Source: Verrucomicrobiaceae bacterium
Lineage (GTDB): Bacteria; Verrucomicrobiota; Verrucomicrobiia; Verrucomicrobiales; Verrucomicrobiaceae
Reading direction: 5' to 3'
DNA: 40,018 bases
NCBI GenBank assembly: GCA_964203095.1
Contig: CAXNNN010000001.1
Location: forward strand, 1 to 40,018
This document shows positions 8,573 through 18,543 of the stretch, piece by piece. A program made the position numbers and the translations under genes. Under the pieces are notes generated by a model that did not search any database, was not told the DNA's origin, and worked only from the letters and a program-made list of their open reading frames with translations. The first letter of the stretch is position 1; each line of letters begins with the position of its first letter.

Positions 8573-9490
8573 ATGCTCTCCCTCTCCACCTGCTGGCACA
8601 GCCACCGTTACCAAGACGGCATGGAAGTCGCGCAAGAGGCGCGGGCGCTGGGGTTTGAATGGATCGAAATCAGCCACGGCACGAAGGTGTCGCTGCTCCC
8701 AGGGTTGATGCAGGCCTTCGACGCGGGGATCATCCGGGTGAGTAGCTTGCACAACTTTTGCCCGTCGCCCGTGGAGGTGTTGCTGGATTCGCCAGATGCA
8801 TTCGAGTTCACCTCCCACCGTCAGCAAGAACGCGACCGAGCGCTGTCGCTGACGAAGCAAACGATCCAAATGGCGACCCGCTTCGGGGCCAGTCGCGTGG
8901 TTTTGCATCTCGGCAGCGTGCCGATGAAAAGCCACACCGACCGGCTAGAGGCGATGGCGCACAAGGGTGAGATTTACTCGCGCGCCTACATCGACCTCAA
9001 GCTCCAGTTCGTGCAGGAGCGCGAGAAGCTGTCCGCCTTTTACCTCGAGCGCGCCCGCACCGCATTGAAGGTGCTGCTGCCAGTGGCAGAGCAGGCCCGT
9101 GTCTGCCTTGCGGTGGAGACGCGCAGCCACTTCGAACAGGTGCCGAACGAGCGTGAGCTGCTCGCGCTGATGACCGAATTCCAAGACAATCCTTGGCTCG
9201 GCGCGTGGCATGACTTCGGTCACGTGCAGCGCAAGGCCAACCTGGGCCTGCTCGATCATGCCCAGCTGCTGCAAGCGCTCGCCCCCAAGCTGCTCGGCTG
9301 CCATGTGCACGATGTTGATTGGCCTGCCAAGGACCACCGTGTGCCCCTGAGCACGGGCGGTGTGGATTTCGAGAAGCTGCTGCCCTGGGTGCCGAAAGGC
9401 CTGCCACTGGTGTGGGAGCTGAGCCCCAGCCAACGCCGCGCCCAAGTGCTGGCCGAGCACCAAGCGTGGCGGTCGAAGTTCGGTGGGTAG
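8573..9490 (+). CDS. sugar phosphate isomerase/epimerase (xylose-isomerase-like TIM barrel)
   Basis: MLSLSTCWHS...ARALGFEWIEISHG...VVLHLGS...LAVETRSHF...AWHDFGH...HVHD matches the metal-ligand pattern of AP-endonuclease-2 / xylose-isomerase-like TIM barrels. Confidence 0.75.
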   Translation: MLSLSTCWHSHRYQDGMEVAQEARALGFEWIEISHGTKVSLLPGLMQAFDAGIIRVSSLHNFCPSPVEVLLDSPDAFEFTSHRQQERDRALSLTKQTIQMATRFGASRVVLHLGSVPMKSHTDRLEAMAHKGEIYSRAYIDLKLQFVQEREKLSAFYLERARTALKVLLPVAEQARVCLAVETRSHFEQVPNERELLALMTEFQDNPWLGAWHDFGHVQRKANLGLLDHAQLLQALAPKLLGCHVHDVDWPAKDHRVPLSTGGVDFEKLLPWVPKGLPLVWELSPSQRRAQVLAEHQAWRSKFGG

Positions 9491-9497
9491 GGACGAA

Positions 9498-9529
9498 AAC
9501 GGCACCGAAGCCAGGGCCTCGGTGCCGTT
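9498..9529. terminator. bidirectional hairpin between convergent genes
   Basis: AACGGCACCGA (9498-9508) and TCGGTGCCGTT (9519-9529) form a perfect 11-bp stem with a 10-nt loop. Confidence 0.6.
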
Positions 9530-9547
9530 GCAGACTTGCCAGCGGCG

Positions 9548-11143
9548 TTACTCGCTCTTCGCGTCTTCGTTCACCACAATGAACTGCTTTTGACCTTTGC
9601 GCACGATGCGCAGACCCAGCGGGTCATTGCCACCCTTGGCCAGCGTCTTGGCCTGGGCGAGATTCTCAATGGGCTTGTTGTTGATCGAAATGACCACGTC
9701 GCCCTCTTCAAGGCCCGCACCAGCCGCCGGCGTGTTGGGCTCGACCGCCACGATAACCACGCCCTTGACGGTTTCGGGGATTTCGTAGCGCTGGCGCAGC
9801 CCAAGGGTGATCTCCTGCGCGGTGGCACCGGTGATGAACTTCGCAGGAGCGGCCTTGGTCTTGCCTTCAAACGGCGAGCTGCCGCGCTCGCTGGCGCGCT
9901 TGGCCAGTTCTTCATCCGACACGCCACCGAGGGTGGCCTGCAGCTTGAGCGACTTACCGTCACGCAGCAGTTCGATGTCCACGGGCACTCCTGGCAAAGC
10001 ACTACCGACGAGGCTGCGCAGCGCGAGGCTGTTGTCGACCTTCTGGCCTGCGACGCCGACGACGAGGTCGCCTTCAGTGATGCCTGCCTTGCTCGCGGGG
10101 GAATCCTCCACCACGCTGTTGATCAGCACGCCGCCACGATCACCGAGACCCATGGCCCTAGCATCTTCAGGATCGACGTCCTTCATGGTCACGCCCAGGA
10201 AGCCACGCGAGACCTTGCCGTCATCCAGCAAGTCCTCACCCACACGCAGGGCCATGTTGATCGGGATCGAGAAGCCAATGCCGGCATTCATGCCGGTGCG
10301 CGTCATGATAGCGGTGTTGATGCCGACCACGCGGCCCAAGGCATCGACCAACGGACCACCAGAGTTCCCAGGATTGATCGACGCATCGGTCTGGATAAAG
10401 TTCTCAAAACCCAGGTTCCGCCCTTGATGAACGATGCCCATGCCGGTGCGGCCGATGGCGCTGACGATGCCCTGTGTGAGTGTTTGCGACAGCTCCATCG
10501 GATTTCCCGCAGCCAGGACGACGTCGCCCACGCGCAGCTTCGAGCTATCGCCGATGACAGCGGCAGGCAGGTTGGTGCCTTCGATCTTGATCACCGCCAC
10601 GTCGGTCAGCGGGTCAGCCCCGATGACTTTGGCTTTGTAGCTCCCCGATTCGTTGCCGACCGTGACTTCGATCTTCTCCGCGTCTTCAACGACGTGGTTG
10701 TTAGTGAGGATGTAACCATCTGGGGAAATGATCACGCCCGAGCCTGTTCCCTTGGGCGCATCTTGCCGGCCACGGGGCTGACCTTCATCGCCACCACCGT
10801 CAAAGGGAATGCTGTCCTCTGGAATGCCGAAGCGACGGAAGAATTCGCGCATCTGATCCCGACTGGGGCCGCCCATGCGCTGGGTATTCTCCACCGGCAT
10901 GGATGAGGTCACACGCACAACGCTGGGCATGATCTTTTCGGCCACGGTGGCATAGCTCATGAGCACTTGGCCAGCATTAGGCAGTGGTGCACCGTCTTTT
11001 TTCAAACGGGTGCGGAAATCATCCACGCTGATCTTGGGCGTGGCCTTGGCGACCATAGTGGACTGAGCGGACAGGGTTTGCAGACCGCCGCCGGTCAATG
11101 CCAGAGCGAGGGCTGCAACGGGTAGCAGGGTGTGGGTTTTCAT
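9548..11143 (-). CDS. htrA: HtrA/DegP-family periplasmic serine protease with two PDZ domains
   Basis: GNSGGPLVD catalytic-serine motif and TNNHVV His region, followed by two PDZ-like segments. Start placed at ATG 11143 (MKTHTLLPVAALALALTGG signal peptide); an alternative start is 11164. Confidence 0.9.
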   Translation of the reverse strand: MKTHTLLPVAALALALTGGGLQTLSAQSTMVAKATPKISVDDFRTRLKKDGAPLPNAGQVLMSYATVAEKIMPSVVRVTSSMPVENTQRMGGPSRDQMREFFRRFGIPEDSIPFDGGGDEGQPRGRQDAPKGTGSGVIISPDGYILTNNHVVEDAEKIEVTVGNESGSYKAKVIGADPLTDVAVIKIEGTNLPAAVIGDSSKLRVGDVVLAAGNPMELSQTLTQGIVSAIGRTGMGIVHQGRNLGFENFIQTDASINPGNSGGPLVDALGRVVGINTAIMTRTGMNAGIGFSIPINMALRVGEDLLDDGKVSRGFLGVTMKDVDPEDARAMGLGDRGGVLINSVVEDSPASKAGITEGDLVVGVAGQKVDNSLALRSLVGSALPGVPVDIELLRDGKSLKLQATLGGVSDEELAKRASERGSSPFEGKTKAAPAKFITGATAQEITLGLRQRYEIPETVKGVVIVAVEPNTPAAGAGLEEGDVVISINNKPIENLAQAKTLAKGGNDPLGLRIVRKGQKQFIVVNEDAKSE

Positions 11144-11327
11144 GTGGGATGATGGTGTATGCATCTAGTATAGAACGCCGCGTATTAGCTGGGTGACGCC
11201 AACGGCGTTGTTCTCAGACGATGATTGACACGACTTGTTGTGAACTTTTTGTTTGAACGTCCTGAAACGGCCCGTGGTTTCGGTCAACCATGCACTCTAG
11301 CCCGCCACAAAGCTGCCCGAAAAAAAT

Positions 11328-13382
11328 TCATGGGCGAGCCGTCGCCGCGGCAGGGAAGAGCGGTGCAGGCGACTTCTGCCACAAGGCGTGACCGCTCTGA
11401 TGCGCGAGAATGGCCCCAATCACCATCGAACCACCGATGAAGACGGCCGCCTTCAGCCACCAAGGACTGGTGTCTGTCTGTTCCAGCCCCCAGTTGCCTA
11501 CCTCGCCAGAAGCAAAATTCTCGCTCGCACCTTGGCCCCAATGGCCGCCGCGCTTAGCAATCGCCGCCTCCGACGGTGATTGGAACAGCAGCTCCGCAAA
11601 GCCAATGCTTTCCACATTTTCCTCCTCGGATACCGCGGGAATCAAGCTGCCCGCGCCGATGGGGAAATCTTGGATCGGTAGCACAGGAGCCGCCACTTTG
11701 GGGGCCGCAGCAGGCTCCTTGTCCTTCTTGATGATCTTGGATGACTTGATCCTGGGCTCCGCTGGCGTGGTGCTGATCGGCGCAGGCGCGACAAGGTCGT
11801 AGTGCTGAATCACCCGCGCAAAACGACCGAGCAGATCGCTGCGGCGGGCCGGAGCGCCATCACGGGCCTTGGCCATCTCGTCATCGAACAAGCCTATAAC
11901 ACTTTCGCGATCCCGGGAGGCTTCGCCAGGTCCGCTGTCAAGACCACTGAGGAAGCGCCCCACCGCCGCCAGCCAGCCGCCATGCCAGGGCGTGCCGCCA
12001 TCACTCTTGATCAAAGGCAGCATGGCAGACGGATTCGTGCCGCGACCCGACATTGATGCCAGGGTCGGATGCGCACGCAGCATGACCGTGAACGACGGCC
12101 ACTCATTGAGCTTGGTGCCCAACAGACGATTCGAGCGCGGATCATCGCGACCAAAACCCGTGAGCAAGAAAATATCTTCCAGCCGCAGCTTCCCCGTCGC
12201 CAAACCCATGCGATCAAGCTGAGCCAAGGCCGCATCCATGCCTGCGAGCACCAGGTAGCTCTCAGCAATGTCCAGCGCACCGCGTTCCCGTAAGATATCA
12301 GACAGCGGAATGCCCTCCACGATCTCCTCGGCCATGCAGGTCAGGCTGCCAGAGTCGTGCAGCAGCGGCACAGGCACCAGCGCGTTGTAGTCGCGCTTCT
12401 TTGCCAGCTTCTGCACCTGCTTATGGATCTCAGCCACACGCTTGCCGCACAGACGGGTCGGCGGCACCTGCTCCACCGACACGGAACGGCCCGTGCGGGT
12501 CATCGTGCCACGCATCGCGTAGGGATTGGCCATGTCCAGGCGCTGGCTCTGAATGCGCACTAGATTCACCACGCCACGCGCCACCTCTTGATAGCTGGCC
12601 AGCAAGGGCGCGACCAGCGCACGCGGCTTCTGCGCGGTAGGGATCTCTCCGGCCAGATGATCGGGCACCATCTTCTGCAAGGCATTGCGCAGATCCTTCA
12701 TCGGCGTGGTCAAACCTGGCCCACCCGTGGACAGCGTGCTGCCCAGCAGTTCGGTGAAATCAACCACAGCGAGCGGTGCGTCCGGCAAAGTCGGGCCGCC
12801 AGCACCGCCTTGCTCATGCAGGAAGGCGCGCAGGAACTTCGCCTGCCGGTCGAAATTCGCCTTCAGCGTCTTGGTCTTGCTGCGCGCCGGGTTCTCCAGC
12901 ACGCGGTAGTCGGCCACCTGCACTTGCAGCGCATTCGTGCTGACCTGCACCAGCCGGAAGCTGTCCAGCGGCTGCTCATTCAAGAAGTCACCGCGTTCGC
13001 TGAGCGCGATCGCCGCATCCAGCGCCCGCGTCGCGATCATCGCCGCCAGCCAGAGCGGCAGCTCCTTCTGCCGCTGGAGGTAGCCACGCAGCGTCTCGCC
13101 ATCGACATTGCCCGTGATGTAAAAGGGATTCCCGTCGTCCTCACCAAAGTCGATCAGCGGGGCGAGCAAAGGGTGCCCATGCTGCCGAAGCGTGCTGCAC
13201 GCACTCTCAAAGGCCACCCGATTCGCCGGCGGCTCCAGCAACACATGGCAGTGCACGAACTCCAGGCGCTCATTGTCGAACGCGAGCACGGCCACCTGAT
13301 TGGCCGACCGGACCAGCTCTACATTGCTGCCCTCGGCGTCCTGGTTGATGAGATAGTGCCTAAAAAGACTTGGCTCGGACAT
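11328..13382 (-). CDS. hypothetical protein: two degenerate protein-kinase-like (pseudokinase) domains plus a C-terminal TM anchor
   Basis: ORF 11328..13427, start moved to ATG 13382 (MSEPSLFRHYLI). Both halves have kinase-like spacing (HPLLAPLIDFGEDDGNPFYITGNVDGETLRGYL; LLHDSGSLTCMAEEIVEGIPLSDIL) but lack the G-loop, HRD and DFG motifs. TM segment WWLKAAVFIGGSMVIGAILA lies near the C-terminus. Confidence 0.55.
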   Translation of the reverse strand: MSEPSLFRHYLINQDAEGSNVELVRSANQVAVLAFDNERLEFVHCHVLLEPPANRVAFESACSTLRQHGHPLLAPLIDFGEDDGNPFYITGNVDGETLRGYLQRQKELPLWLAAMIATRALDAAIALSERGDFLNEQPLDSFRLVQVSTNALQVQVADYRVLENPARSKTKTLKANFDRQAKFLRAFLHEQGGAGGPTLPDAPLAVVDFTELLGSTLSTGGPGLTTPMKDLRNALQKMVPDHLAGEIPTAQKPRALVAPLLASYQEVARGVVNLVRIQSQRLDMANPYAMRGTMTRTGRSVSVEQVPPTRLCGKRVAEIHKQVQKLAKKRDYNALVPVPLLHDSGSLTCMAEEIVEGIPLSDILRERGALDIAESYLVLAGMDAALAQLDRMGLATGKLRLEDIFLLTGFGRDDPRSNRLLGTKLNEWPSFTVMLRAHPTLASMSGRGTNPSAMLPLIKSDGGTPWHGGWLAAVGRFLSGLDSGPGEASRDRESVIGLFDDEMAKARDGAPARRSDLLGRFARVIQHYDLVAPAPISTTPAEPRIKSSKIIKKDKEPAAAPKVAAPVLPIQDFPIGAGSLIPAVSEEENVESIGFAELLFQSPSEAAIAKRGGHWGQGASENFASGEVGNWGLEQTDTSPWWLKAAVFIGGSMVIGAILAHQSGHALWQKSPAPLFPAAATARP

Positions 13383-13457
13383 GAAACAAAGAATATGCAA
13401 CATGTCCGAGGCACGCGGACCTGACAAGCGCAGGATGGAACTTCCGCCTTCGCCCTG

Positions 13458-16118
13458 TCAGGGAGCACCCGAAAACAGGCCGAGGCTGCCGTCGGCAAAG
13501 CCAAGGCTGAAGACGATTTGGCCGCCTGTGTTAATGGCTTCGCCGAGCCCGGTGGATAGGGCTCCCGTAGCCTCCAGATTGATGTCCGAAGCGCTAAGAG
13601 TGGTGATGACCTCATTGCCCGCCCGCTCATAGCGCGCCCCCTTGCGCAGGGACAGCACAGACTGCCGATAGATGCGGCCTGCCGCACCCACCGCACTGAG
13701 CTCGCCCCGTAAAAGCGCCAGGTTATTCGCCGCCGAGGCACCGCCAGCTTCCACCACCAAGCTTGCCAGCACCGCATAGTCGCCATTCACCGCATTGCCT
13801 GCCACTTGACTGATGGTGGCAATCCTGGCCGCACCGCAGCCAGGGGCCGGATCACCCTCCCGCAGCAGGGGCACACCGGGGAAGTAAAGGCGGTCATAGT
13901 AGTAATGCACCAAGCACACGTCGTTGGCTGCCGTCACACCAGGGCCACCCAACTGCACCAGCGCCACGAGATCGCCGAAGCTCAGAATCTGAAACCGCAG
14001 GAACCGCGTGATGACAATACCCGCCCCTATGGACGGCAGTTCCTCGCCCTTGCGCACAATCAGCTCGGTCGCACCGCGTGTGTTGCCCCATATCCCTTCA
14101 TTGTTGTAGACATTCACACCGACAGCAGGATTGAGAGTCGCGCGGAACACTGTGAACGTGTTTGCATTGGTCTCGCCAAGGAAGGTGCCAAAAGTGGCCG
14201 CCCCTGCACCAGAAGCATCTCCTCGCCGCGCCAGTGCGGTGTCATTCTCAAACACCGCCATGTTCGTCTGCGGCGAGGATTGCAGCATTGAGGCGTAGCT
14301 GCGCAGCGCCGACTTGAATCCACACGCCACGCGGGGTTGAATCTCGCCCAAACTCACTCCCAGGGCCGCTATGTCTTCCCCTTCTTGTTTCAACAAGCCT
14401 GCGCCCACCTGATAAATGGCCGTGTCATTCGCGGCAACAACCCCATTTGGGCCACTGGCAAACACGACCGGACAGGTGATGTCCGACTGCCGGGCCTGCC
14501 TTGGCGTATGCAGGGTTTTGAACACGTTCGCGTTCAGCGAATCGCCCTCGCGCAAGAAGTTACTCGCCCCGCTGGCTTGGCTCCAATTGCACAACGCCTT
14601 GTCCGTGTTGGCCGTGACGCCCCGGCCTCGCAGGGTGGCTAGGAACCACGCCTTGTCGTTGTGGTTCAGTGAGATGTTGGCGATATCCGACAACACCTCG
14701 CCTGGGTTGAGGCCGCCGACGGCAAAGCCCGTTCTCCCCACGAGACTGAGCAGTCCAGGCTCATCCGTCCACAGACTCTTCGTGGTGCCCGCAGCCGCCC
14801 CACTGAGGGTCGCAATGCTGAGCAAGTCATTCTGCGTGCCAATGCAGTAAGTGGGCATGGCGGCGAAAATGCTGCTACCAGCCCCAGGGGCAGCGCTAAG
14901 TTTGGTCATCACCTCACCGGCTGTAAGCGTTGTCCGGTAGGGACCGCAGCGGTAGATGGCCCCGGCGTTTGGCGCAGCTTCATCATCGAACGGGCAAGTG
15001 GCATACACCATGCCAGAGTCCGCTAAGAGCCCGAGACCGAATGCATTTTGCGCTTTCGGCAATGGATTGAGGCAGGTCGCGGTTTGGTTGCCTGTCGCGG
15101 CGTCATACGCACGGAACGCACCCGCTCCCACTTGCCCCAAAACCGTGCGTCCAGGCTCACCAGCGATCAGCAAGTGATCCCGCACTGCCAGACTGCTCCC
15201 CAGCCCACCTTCCACTTGATCTCCAACAAGACGCGAAATGGGATTGCCCGTCAAAAGGCTAAAGGTGTCGATGGCTCCTACATTGCTTACCCCGGCGTCT
15301 ACGCCAGGCAAGCCGACATAAATGCGGCTCGCGTCCAGGGCTATGGCGACGCCCGCCCGGTTTTCGGCGGCGGTCGCTAGGCCGTTGAGGGTGTGGAGCA
15401 GTGTGCCGTCGATGAGAGAAAAATGAAACACCGCCCCGGCATCAAATTTGCCGGGCAAATCAGTTCCAGGAGCACCCACCAGCAAATGTTGGCCATAGAT
15501 GGCGAACCCGTAGCCAAAAAAATCACCTTGCTTTGGGTTTTCCGCCGTCAGCTTGAAACGCTGCACACTTGAGCTGACTGGGAAAACATAGGCCGCACCT
15601 GATTCCATATTTTTGTGGGCCGCACCCACCACCAAGTGCTTACCGTCAGCCGCCAAAGCATAACCAAACTGGTCATCTGCTGCGGGATCGGAGGGGACGA
15701 TTTTCCGCAATTGCCGACCCGTTCGCACATCAAAGACATAGACCACTCCACTGTCGTCTGCGCTTTCCTGATGCTGAGGAGCACCAACGAAAAGCAAGTT
15801 GCCACTCAAGGCCACGGAGTAGCCAAACAAGTCTTCAGATTCGCCATCCGCAGCCGTAATCAACCGAAGGTGGCGTAGTGTGCGCATGTCAAAAACTGCC
15901 ACCGCTCCAGCATTTGATGCCCGTGTGTCATCAAGGCAGAGACCTGCCACCAAGTAGCCGCCATTGCTGGCCAACGATTGAGCGAAGCCCAAGTTTTGTT
16001 CTTCCGAAGGCCGGGCAACGGTGATCTTTCTCAAACTCACCTCCGCTGAGACGTGGGCTAAACCTAGCAAGCCTAAGAACCCAGTGATGAGGAAGGAGAG
16101 ATACGGACGTGTTTTCAT
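13458..16118 (-). CDS. secreted FG-GAP-repeat beta-propeller protein with a repeat-rich C-terminal half
   Basis: Signal peptide MKTRPYLSFLITGFLGLLGLAHVSA. Repeated FGYSVALSGNLLFVGAP / FGYALAADGKHLVVGAA / FGYGFAIYGQHLLVGAP units (integrin-alpha FG-GAP type). Confidence 0.75.
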   Translation of the reverse strand: MKTRPYLSFLITGFLGLLGLAHVSAEVSLRKITVARPSEEQNLGFAQSLASNGGYLVAGLCLDDTRASNAGAVAVFDMRTLRHLRLITAADGESEDLFGYSVALSGNLLFVGAPQHQESADDSGVVYVFDVRTGRQLRKIVPSDPAADDQFGYALAADGKHLVVGAAHKNMESGAAYVFPVSSSVQRFKLTAENPKQGDFFGYGFAIYGQHLLVGAPGTDLPGKFDAGAVFHFSLIDGTLLHTLNGLATAAENRAGVAIALDASRIYVGLPGVDAGVSNVGAIDTFSLLTGNPISRLVGDQVEGGLGSSLAVRDHLLIAGEPGRTVLGQVGAGAFRAYDAATGNQTATCLNPLPKAQNAFGLGLLADSGMVYATCPFDDEAAPNAGAIYRCGPYRTTLTAGEVMTKLSAAPGAGSSIFAAMPTYCIGTQNDLLSIATLSGAAAGTTKSLWTDEPGLLSLVGRTGFAVGGLNPGEVLSDIANISLNHNDKAWFLATLRGRGVTANTDKALCNWSQASGASNFLREGDSLNANVFKTLHTPRQARQSDITCPVVFASGPNGVVAANDTAIYQVGAGLLKQEGEDIAALGVSLGEIQPRVACGFKSALRSYASMLQSSPQTNMAVFENDTALARRGDASGAGAATFGTFLGETNANTFTVFRATLNPAVGVNVYNNEGIWGNTRGATELIVRKGEELPSIGAGIVITRFLRFQILSFGDLVALVQLGGPGVTAANDVCLVHYYYDRLYFPGVPLLREGDPAPGCGAARIATISQVAGNAVNGDYAVLASLVVEAGGASAANNLALLRGELSAVGAAGRIYRQSVLSLRKGARYERAGNEVITTLSASDINLEATGALSTGLGEAINTGGQIVFSLGFADGSLGLFSGAP

Positions 16119-16268
16119 GGAGGCATTATAGAAATTTCGATAAATATCGTGTTCAAATTACGTGGAGCACAAGTTCTTGATTAAGCCAATTTTGCCATCT
16201 CAGGCCCACTTCAGCTACCCACTGAGATTGCAAATCCGCCTTTACGGCCCCCCGTCCCTGCGGAACTA

Positions 16269-16871
16269 ATGCCGCCCTCCATGTTCGAAGACCTCTACGA
16301 CTACCTCTACCACCAGAATGAAAACGGTGGCATCCCTCTTCAGGGCACCGGCATCGTCGGCGGCCTCGCCCTGCTGGTCTCGCACGTGTATGCGCTTCTA
16401 CACACCGCCAAGGTGCAGGCGTTTCTGAAAGCCTTCCCCCGCGACTACAAATGGGGTGTCATCCTACTCAGCATCGACTTCCTTTGGAGTATGCTGTGCA
16501 TGGCGCACATGGACATGGGTGAGTTCTACCATCTGCGGAAGTGGTTCCTCATTCTCATCCCGATCAGCTTCGTGCTGGTGCTCGTGTATGTGCAGGAATT
16601 CCTGTCCGTGCGGGCGCTCGGTGCGCTGCTGCTGCTCGTAGGCGGCATCGTCTTGCAAGCCGCCTTCCTTCAGCCACAAGCCAGCCGCCTGCTGCTACCC
16701 GCCATCGCCTATGTGTGGATCATTGCGGGCATGTATTTCGTCGGCATGCCCTACCTGATGCGTGACTGGATCGGCTGGGTCGTCGCCAAGGAAGCCCGCT
16801 GGAAGCTAGCTGTCTTCGGTGGCATCGGCTACGGAGCGCTAGTGCTCATGGCAGCGGTGCTGTGGTGGTGA
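16269..16871 (+). CDS. hypothetical polytopic membrane protein
   Basis: 200-aa ORF with about 5-6 hydrophobic helices. No family recognised. Confidence 0.6.
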   Translation: MPPSMFEDLYDYLYHQNENGGIPLQGTGIVGGLALLVSHVYALLHTAKVQAFLKAFPRDYKWGVILLSIDFLWSMLCMAHMDMGEFYHLRKWFLILIPISFVLVLVYVQEFLSVRALGALLLLVGGIVLQAAFLQPQASRLLLPAIAYVWIIAGMYFVGMPYLMRDWIGWVVAKEARWKLAVFGGIGYGALVLMAAVLWW

Positions 16872-16878
16872 GCGGAGA

Positions 16879-16949
16879 AGTGCTCAGTGTTAAGTGCTGG
16901 GTGATTGGAACTCAGAGGTCTTCCACCAACTACCAAGCACCAACCACTT
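16879..16949. repeat. imperfect hairpin element built from GTGNTNN words
   Basis: Left arm AGTGCTCAGTGTTAAGTGCTGGGTGATTGG, right arm CCACCAACTACCAAGCACCAACCACTT. By my pairing about 18 of 24 positions pair, including G-U. It lies between stop 16871 and start 16963. Confidence 0.6.
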
Positions 16950-16962
16950 TCTGGCTTGTTCC

Positions 16963-17889
16963 ATGGCTAGTTCACGAAGCGCCCTCGTCATTCGCGGCGG
17001 AGCCATTGGCGATTTCATCGTCACGTTGCCCGCGATCAAGCTGCTGCGCGACAGCATCGCAGACTGCAGGATCGAAGTGCTCGGCTATCCCGGCATCGCC
17101 GATCTCGCCGTGGTCGCAGGCTTGGCGGAATCCACACGCAGTTTGGAGCACCGCAGCATGGCGCTGCTGTTCGTGCCGAATGCGAAGCTGGACGACGAAC
17201 TGTGCGACTGGCTGAAGAGCTTCAACGTCATCCTCAGCTACCTTTACGATCCCGACGGCATTGTGCGGGCCAACATGGAACGCATCGGCGTGAAGACTTA
17301 CCTGGACGCACCGCATCGCGTCATCGACGGCCAAGGCCACGCCGCGCACCAGCTAGCCAAGCCCCTGGAAAGCCTGGCCATGTATCTGGACGATCCCGCG
17401 CCGCGCATCGTCGCACCGAGTGCCGAAGCCCGAAGCCCGCGCATCGCCATTCATCCCGGCAGCGGCTCGATCAAAAAGAACTGGTCGCTCGATCACTGGT
17501 GCCGGGTGATGCAGGAACTGCGCGAGCATCCGCTGGTTGTCATCACGGGCGAGGCCGAGCGCGAACGCGGCGTCATCGACCAAGTGCGCTCGACACGCGC
17601 GGGCTTGAACATTGAGCATTGGGACGGTTTGCCGCTGGTGGAGTTGGCGCGTCGACTGCCCTCGTGCTCTGCTTTTTTGGGGCACGACAGCGGCATCAGC
17701 CATCTAGCAGCGGCCTGCGGCGTGCCTTGTCACCTGTTCTTCGGCCCCAGCGATCCCGGCACCTGGGCACCCGCGAATGGAGACATTGTCGTGCATCGTG
17801 TCGCCTCGCAGAACCTCAACGACCTGGGCTGGGAGGAAGGCTGGCGCGCCCTGCGTGCTTTCGTTTGTGACAGGCGTGTCATGTGCTAG
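16963..17889 (+). CDS. glycosyltransferase family 9 (heptosyltransferase-like)
   Basis: ORF 16894..17889, start moved to ATG 16963, downstream of the hairpin. GT9 pattern: ALVIRGGAIGDFIVTLPAIKLLR, IHPGSGSIKKNW, FLGHDSGISHLAAACGVP. Confidence 0.75.
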   Translation: MASSRSALVIRGGAIGDFIVTLPAIKLLRDSIADCRIEVLGYPGIADLAVVAGLAESTRSLEHRSMALLFVPNAKLDDELCDWLKSFNVILSYLYDPDGIVRANMERIGVKTYLDAPHRVIDGQGHAAHQLAKPLESLAMYLDDPAPRIVAPSAEARSPRIAIHPGSGSIKKNWSLDHWCRVMQELREHPLVVITGEAERERGVIDQVRSTRAGLNIEHWDGLPLVELARRLPSCSAFLGHDSGISHLAAACGVPCHLFFGPSDPGTWAPANGDIVVHRVASQNLNDLGWEEGWRALRAFVCDRRVMC

Positions 17890-17901
17890 AAAGACCCTCT
17901 T

Positions 17902-18537
17902 ATGGCTGATCCCCAAAAATTTGGACGTTTCCGCACCATCCTCATCATGGGTGCCCCTGGCAGTGGCAAGGGCACACAAGGCAAGGTGCTGGGCTCGATC
18001 CCTCGCTTCCATCACCTCGCTTGCGGGGATGTCTTTCGCTCGCTCGACACCCGCACGCCTCTGGGGCAGGAGTTCATTAAGTATGCGAGCAAGGGCCAGC
18101 TCATGCCCGACGATCTGACAGTCCAGCTCTGGCGCGCCAACGTTCATCACCGAGTGGAAAGCTACCAGTTCAAGCCCGACATCGACTTCCTTGTGCTTGA
18201 TGGCATCCCTCGCAATAGCGACCAAGCCTTCCTGCTGGAACCTGACATTGAAGTGCTAAAGCTTTTCCACCTCAGCTGCCCGAACCGCGATGAACTTGTG
18301 CGCCGCCTGCGCAAACGCGCGCTGAAGGACAACCGGTTTGACGACGCCAGCGAAGAAGTGATCCAGAAGCGCTTCAAGACTTACGAGGACGAAACCAAGC
18401 CCATCCTCGAGTATTACAAGGGTGACCGCGTGGTCTACATCGACGCCAGCCAGCCCCCCGCCAAGGTGCTCTACGACATGCTCGGCGAAGTGATGAAGCT
18501 GGCCGCGTGGCGGGAGATTGAGGCGAAGAAGGTTTAA
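17902..18537 (+). CDS. adk: adenylate kinase
   Basis: P-loop ILIMGAPGSGKGTQ, LVLDGIPRN, and a length and order typical of short-lid adenylate kinases. Confidence 0.8.
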   Translation: MADPQKFGRFRTILIMGAPGSGKGTQGKVLGSIPRFHHLACGDVFRSLDTRTPLGQEFIKYASKGQLMPDDLTVQLWRANVHHRVESYQFKPDIDFLVLDGIPRNSDQAFLLEPDIEVLKLFHLSCPNRDELVRRLRKRALKDNRFDDASEEVIQKRFKTYEDETKPILEYYKGDRVVYIDASQPPAKVLYDMLGEVMKLAAWREIEAKKV

Positions 18538-18543
18538 CGCGAC

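Noticed and set aside
16163-16179. TGGAGCACAAGTTCTTG as a sigma-54 promoter upstream of 16269.
   Set aside because: The -12 element is GTTC rather than TTGC at the required spacing. It does not fit GG-N10-GC.
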